A stretch of DNA of 61,942 nt, from positions 15,918-77,859 of the forward strand of contig SHMW01000013.1 in assembly GCA_008080735.1 (NCBI GenBank), read 5' to 3'. Every line of letters starts with the position of its first letter. The first letter of the stretch is position 1. Made by a program: the position numbers and the translations under genes. Below are positions 60,261-61,942 of the stretch, in pieces. The notes beneath the pieces were generated by a model, which made no database searches, was not told the origin of the DNA, and saw only the letters and a program-made list of their open reading frames with translations. Source of the stretch: Promethearchaeota archaeon (GTDB lineage: Archaea; Asgardarchaeota; Lokiarchaeia; Sigyniarchaeales; SOKP01).

Positions 60261-61676
60261 ATGGCTGAGCAACAAACAGACGATACTACTTTTTCGATAA
60301 ACAAAAATATGTGGCCGGTCTATCCCCTAGGAGGCTTCCAAATACTCGCATTTAGTGGTATATACATCATTATCGTTCCTTTATCCAAAATATTTTGGCC
60401 CAATGACCCTTATCACGCGTTTGAAATGGGTCTTTTGATTACATCAATGTTTTGGATGATGTCCATCGCGGGGCTCATATTTGGAAGATTCATTGATAAA
60501 TATAATAGAAAAAAAATATTACTCATGGTGGCGTGTGCTCGAGGTATGAGTATGCTTCTCCTTTCCTTTACAATGGAAGGTCAAGGAATTCGTTCTTGGC
60601 TCTTTTTTTATGTGTTTGCGTTAACTTTTTCATTATTTGCGGGGGGGAATTATCCTACGGTGCTTTCTCTTGCACATGATATCGTTCCAATGAATATGAG
60701 GTCGAGATTTTTCGGTATTTATGGAATCGTGCGTAATGTTTTTCAATTAGGCGGCTTTCTTTTTTCAGGCTTCTTGATCCAAGCGGGATTATGGCGAATC
60801 TATTTTAGCTCAATAGGATTAGCACTCATCATTTCTGGAATTATAATGTTTCTGCACTTGGAAGAACCTAAAAGAGGGGCTCAAAGGGATGAGCTGAAAA
60901 CCGCATTAAAAGAAGATTCAGTGAAATATGAATATCAAATAGACAAAGAAACAATGCGCTCGACTATGCTTAGTAAAACCAATCTGGTGGCTTTGATTGA
61001 GGGTATTAGTACCCAGCTCTTTATGGGCAGTTTAACCATCCTTTTCCTTCCTTATATCCAAAATCCCCCTCACAATATCTCGCCGTTAAACACGAGTTTA
61101 TTTATTGCGATATTTGGTATCAGCGCAGGAGTTTTAGGAAGGATATTTCTTGCTCGGGCATCGGATAGGTGGGCGTCCGACAACCATAAAATTCGGCTCT
61201 ATTTGATTGTGTTTGCGCTCTTTGGAGGTGCTCTATTCTTCGTAATTTTATTCTATATCCCTCTCCCCTTATTAAGTGAACAACAAGGAGCAGATTTATC
61301 CTATGTGTTTAGTTTCCCAGTTTTTTGGATAATGGGACTGATGTTTTTAATCAGTCAATCTATATCGGCATTATACGAGATTAATCAAGGTCCACTCATT
61401 CAAGAGATAAATCTCCCCGAGGCTCAAGGACAAATAGTCTCATGGAATAAATTTCTGGAAAATATCAGTTTTGGAAGTGGACCGTTAGTCAGTGGTATTT
61501 TTATCTCTTTCATTGGAGAGAATTATCAGATCGTCTCGCTATTTATTGCTTTTTTCACAATCCCTGGTATTTTGTTATGGATTTTTGCTCTGAATTGGTA
61601 TAAGGAAGATAAAGAACGAATTCAAGAATTATTAGATAAACGGGCAAAAGAGATAAATTCTCAACGTAGGAAATAA
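60261..61676 (+). CDS. MFS transporter
   Basis: FGRFIDKYNRKK motif A, EPKRGA, about 12 TM. Confidence 0.9.
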   Translation: MAEQQTDDTTFSINKNMWPVYPLGGFQILAFSGIYIIIVPLSKIFWPNDPYHAFEMGLLITSMFWMMSIAGLIFGRFIDKYNRKKILLMVACARGMSMLLLSFTMEGQGIRSWLFFYVFALTFSLFAGGNYPTVLSLAHDIVPMNMRSRFFGIYGIVRNVFQLGGFLFSGFLIQAGLWRIYFSSIGLALIISGIIMFLHLEEPKRGAQRDELKTALKEDSVKYEYQIDKETMRSTMLSKTNLVALIEGISTQLFMGSLTILFLPYIQNPPHNISPLNTSLFIAIFGISAGVLGRIFLARASDRWASDNHKIRLYLIVFALFGGALFFVILFYIPLPLLSEQQGADLSYVFSFPVFWIMGLMFLISQSISALYEINQGPLIQEINLPEAQGQIVSWNKFLENISFGSGPLVSGIFISFIGENYQIVSLFIAFFTIPGILLWIFALNWYKEDKERIQELLDKRAKEINSQRRK

Positions 61677-61942
61677 ATAAATTTTTGTGAGCTAGGAGCA
61701 ATATTTATGAAAGGAAGAAGAAATTATGACTGTTTTCAGTCAAATTTTTTAAGATTATAGCTCCTGTCGTGTCCCTGCCCTTAATATTTTAAACTGAGTA
61801 TCTCTCATTAGAGTTCTACCCCCTCCTTTTCAACTATTTTTTTCATCTACTTATTATCAGTTTCTTTTGTAATTAAATCAATATCTATTCCTTTTGGAAT
61901 AAGCTTATATAGAGAATTTAAAGCACCGAATTATTCTCGATC

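Noticed and set aside
1-61942. Genome-wide UGA reassignment (alternative genetic code)
   Set aside because: TGA acts as a normal stop for other genes (e.g. 6136-6138, 26996-26998, 33228-33230), and in-frame TGAs occur only at Cys-equivalent sites of hdrA and vhuD.

Overview
AT-rich archaeal chromosomal segment, most likely from an Asgard archaeon (Lokiarchaeia-like). This is inferred from a TFB paralog, tungsten AOR, a Loki-CTERM-type IPGY-TM-basic tail and a eukaryote-type SECIS. The main feature is a selenoprotein operon on the minus strand that the ORF track breaks up or misses. It contains hdrA (18374-20329, TTG start, in-frame UGA at codons 19 and 202), vhuD/mvhD (17923-18354, absent from the ORF track, UGA at codons 19 and 70), then an AUGA/GA-core SECIS-like hairpin (17848-17918), a second long hairpin and an FdhB/FrhB-like Fe-S gene. 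A parallel all-cysteine hdrA-mvhD-frhB-like operon (31635-36350) has Cys at all four equivalent positions and serves as an internal control. Other content: tandem bacterial-type GAPDHs, 4-hydroxybutyryl-CoA dehydratase, AOR with its Fe-S partner, an FG-GAP surface protein, two tandem beta-propeller + ~7TM paralogs, a KDSR-like reductase, an SNF2/RapA helicase, a C25 peptidase, two TA-like modules (one decayed) and several unannotated small ORFs. I found no rRNA, tRNA, CRISPR array or transposase. All calls come from reading motifs by eye; no database searches were run.
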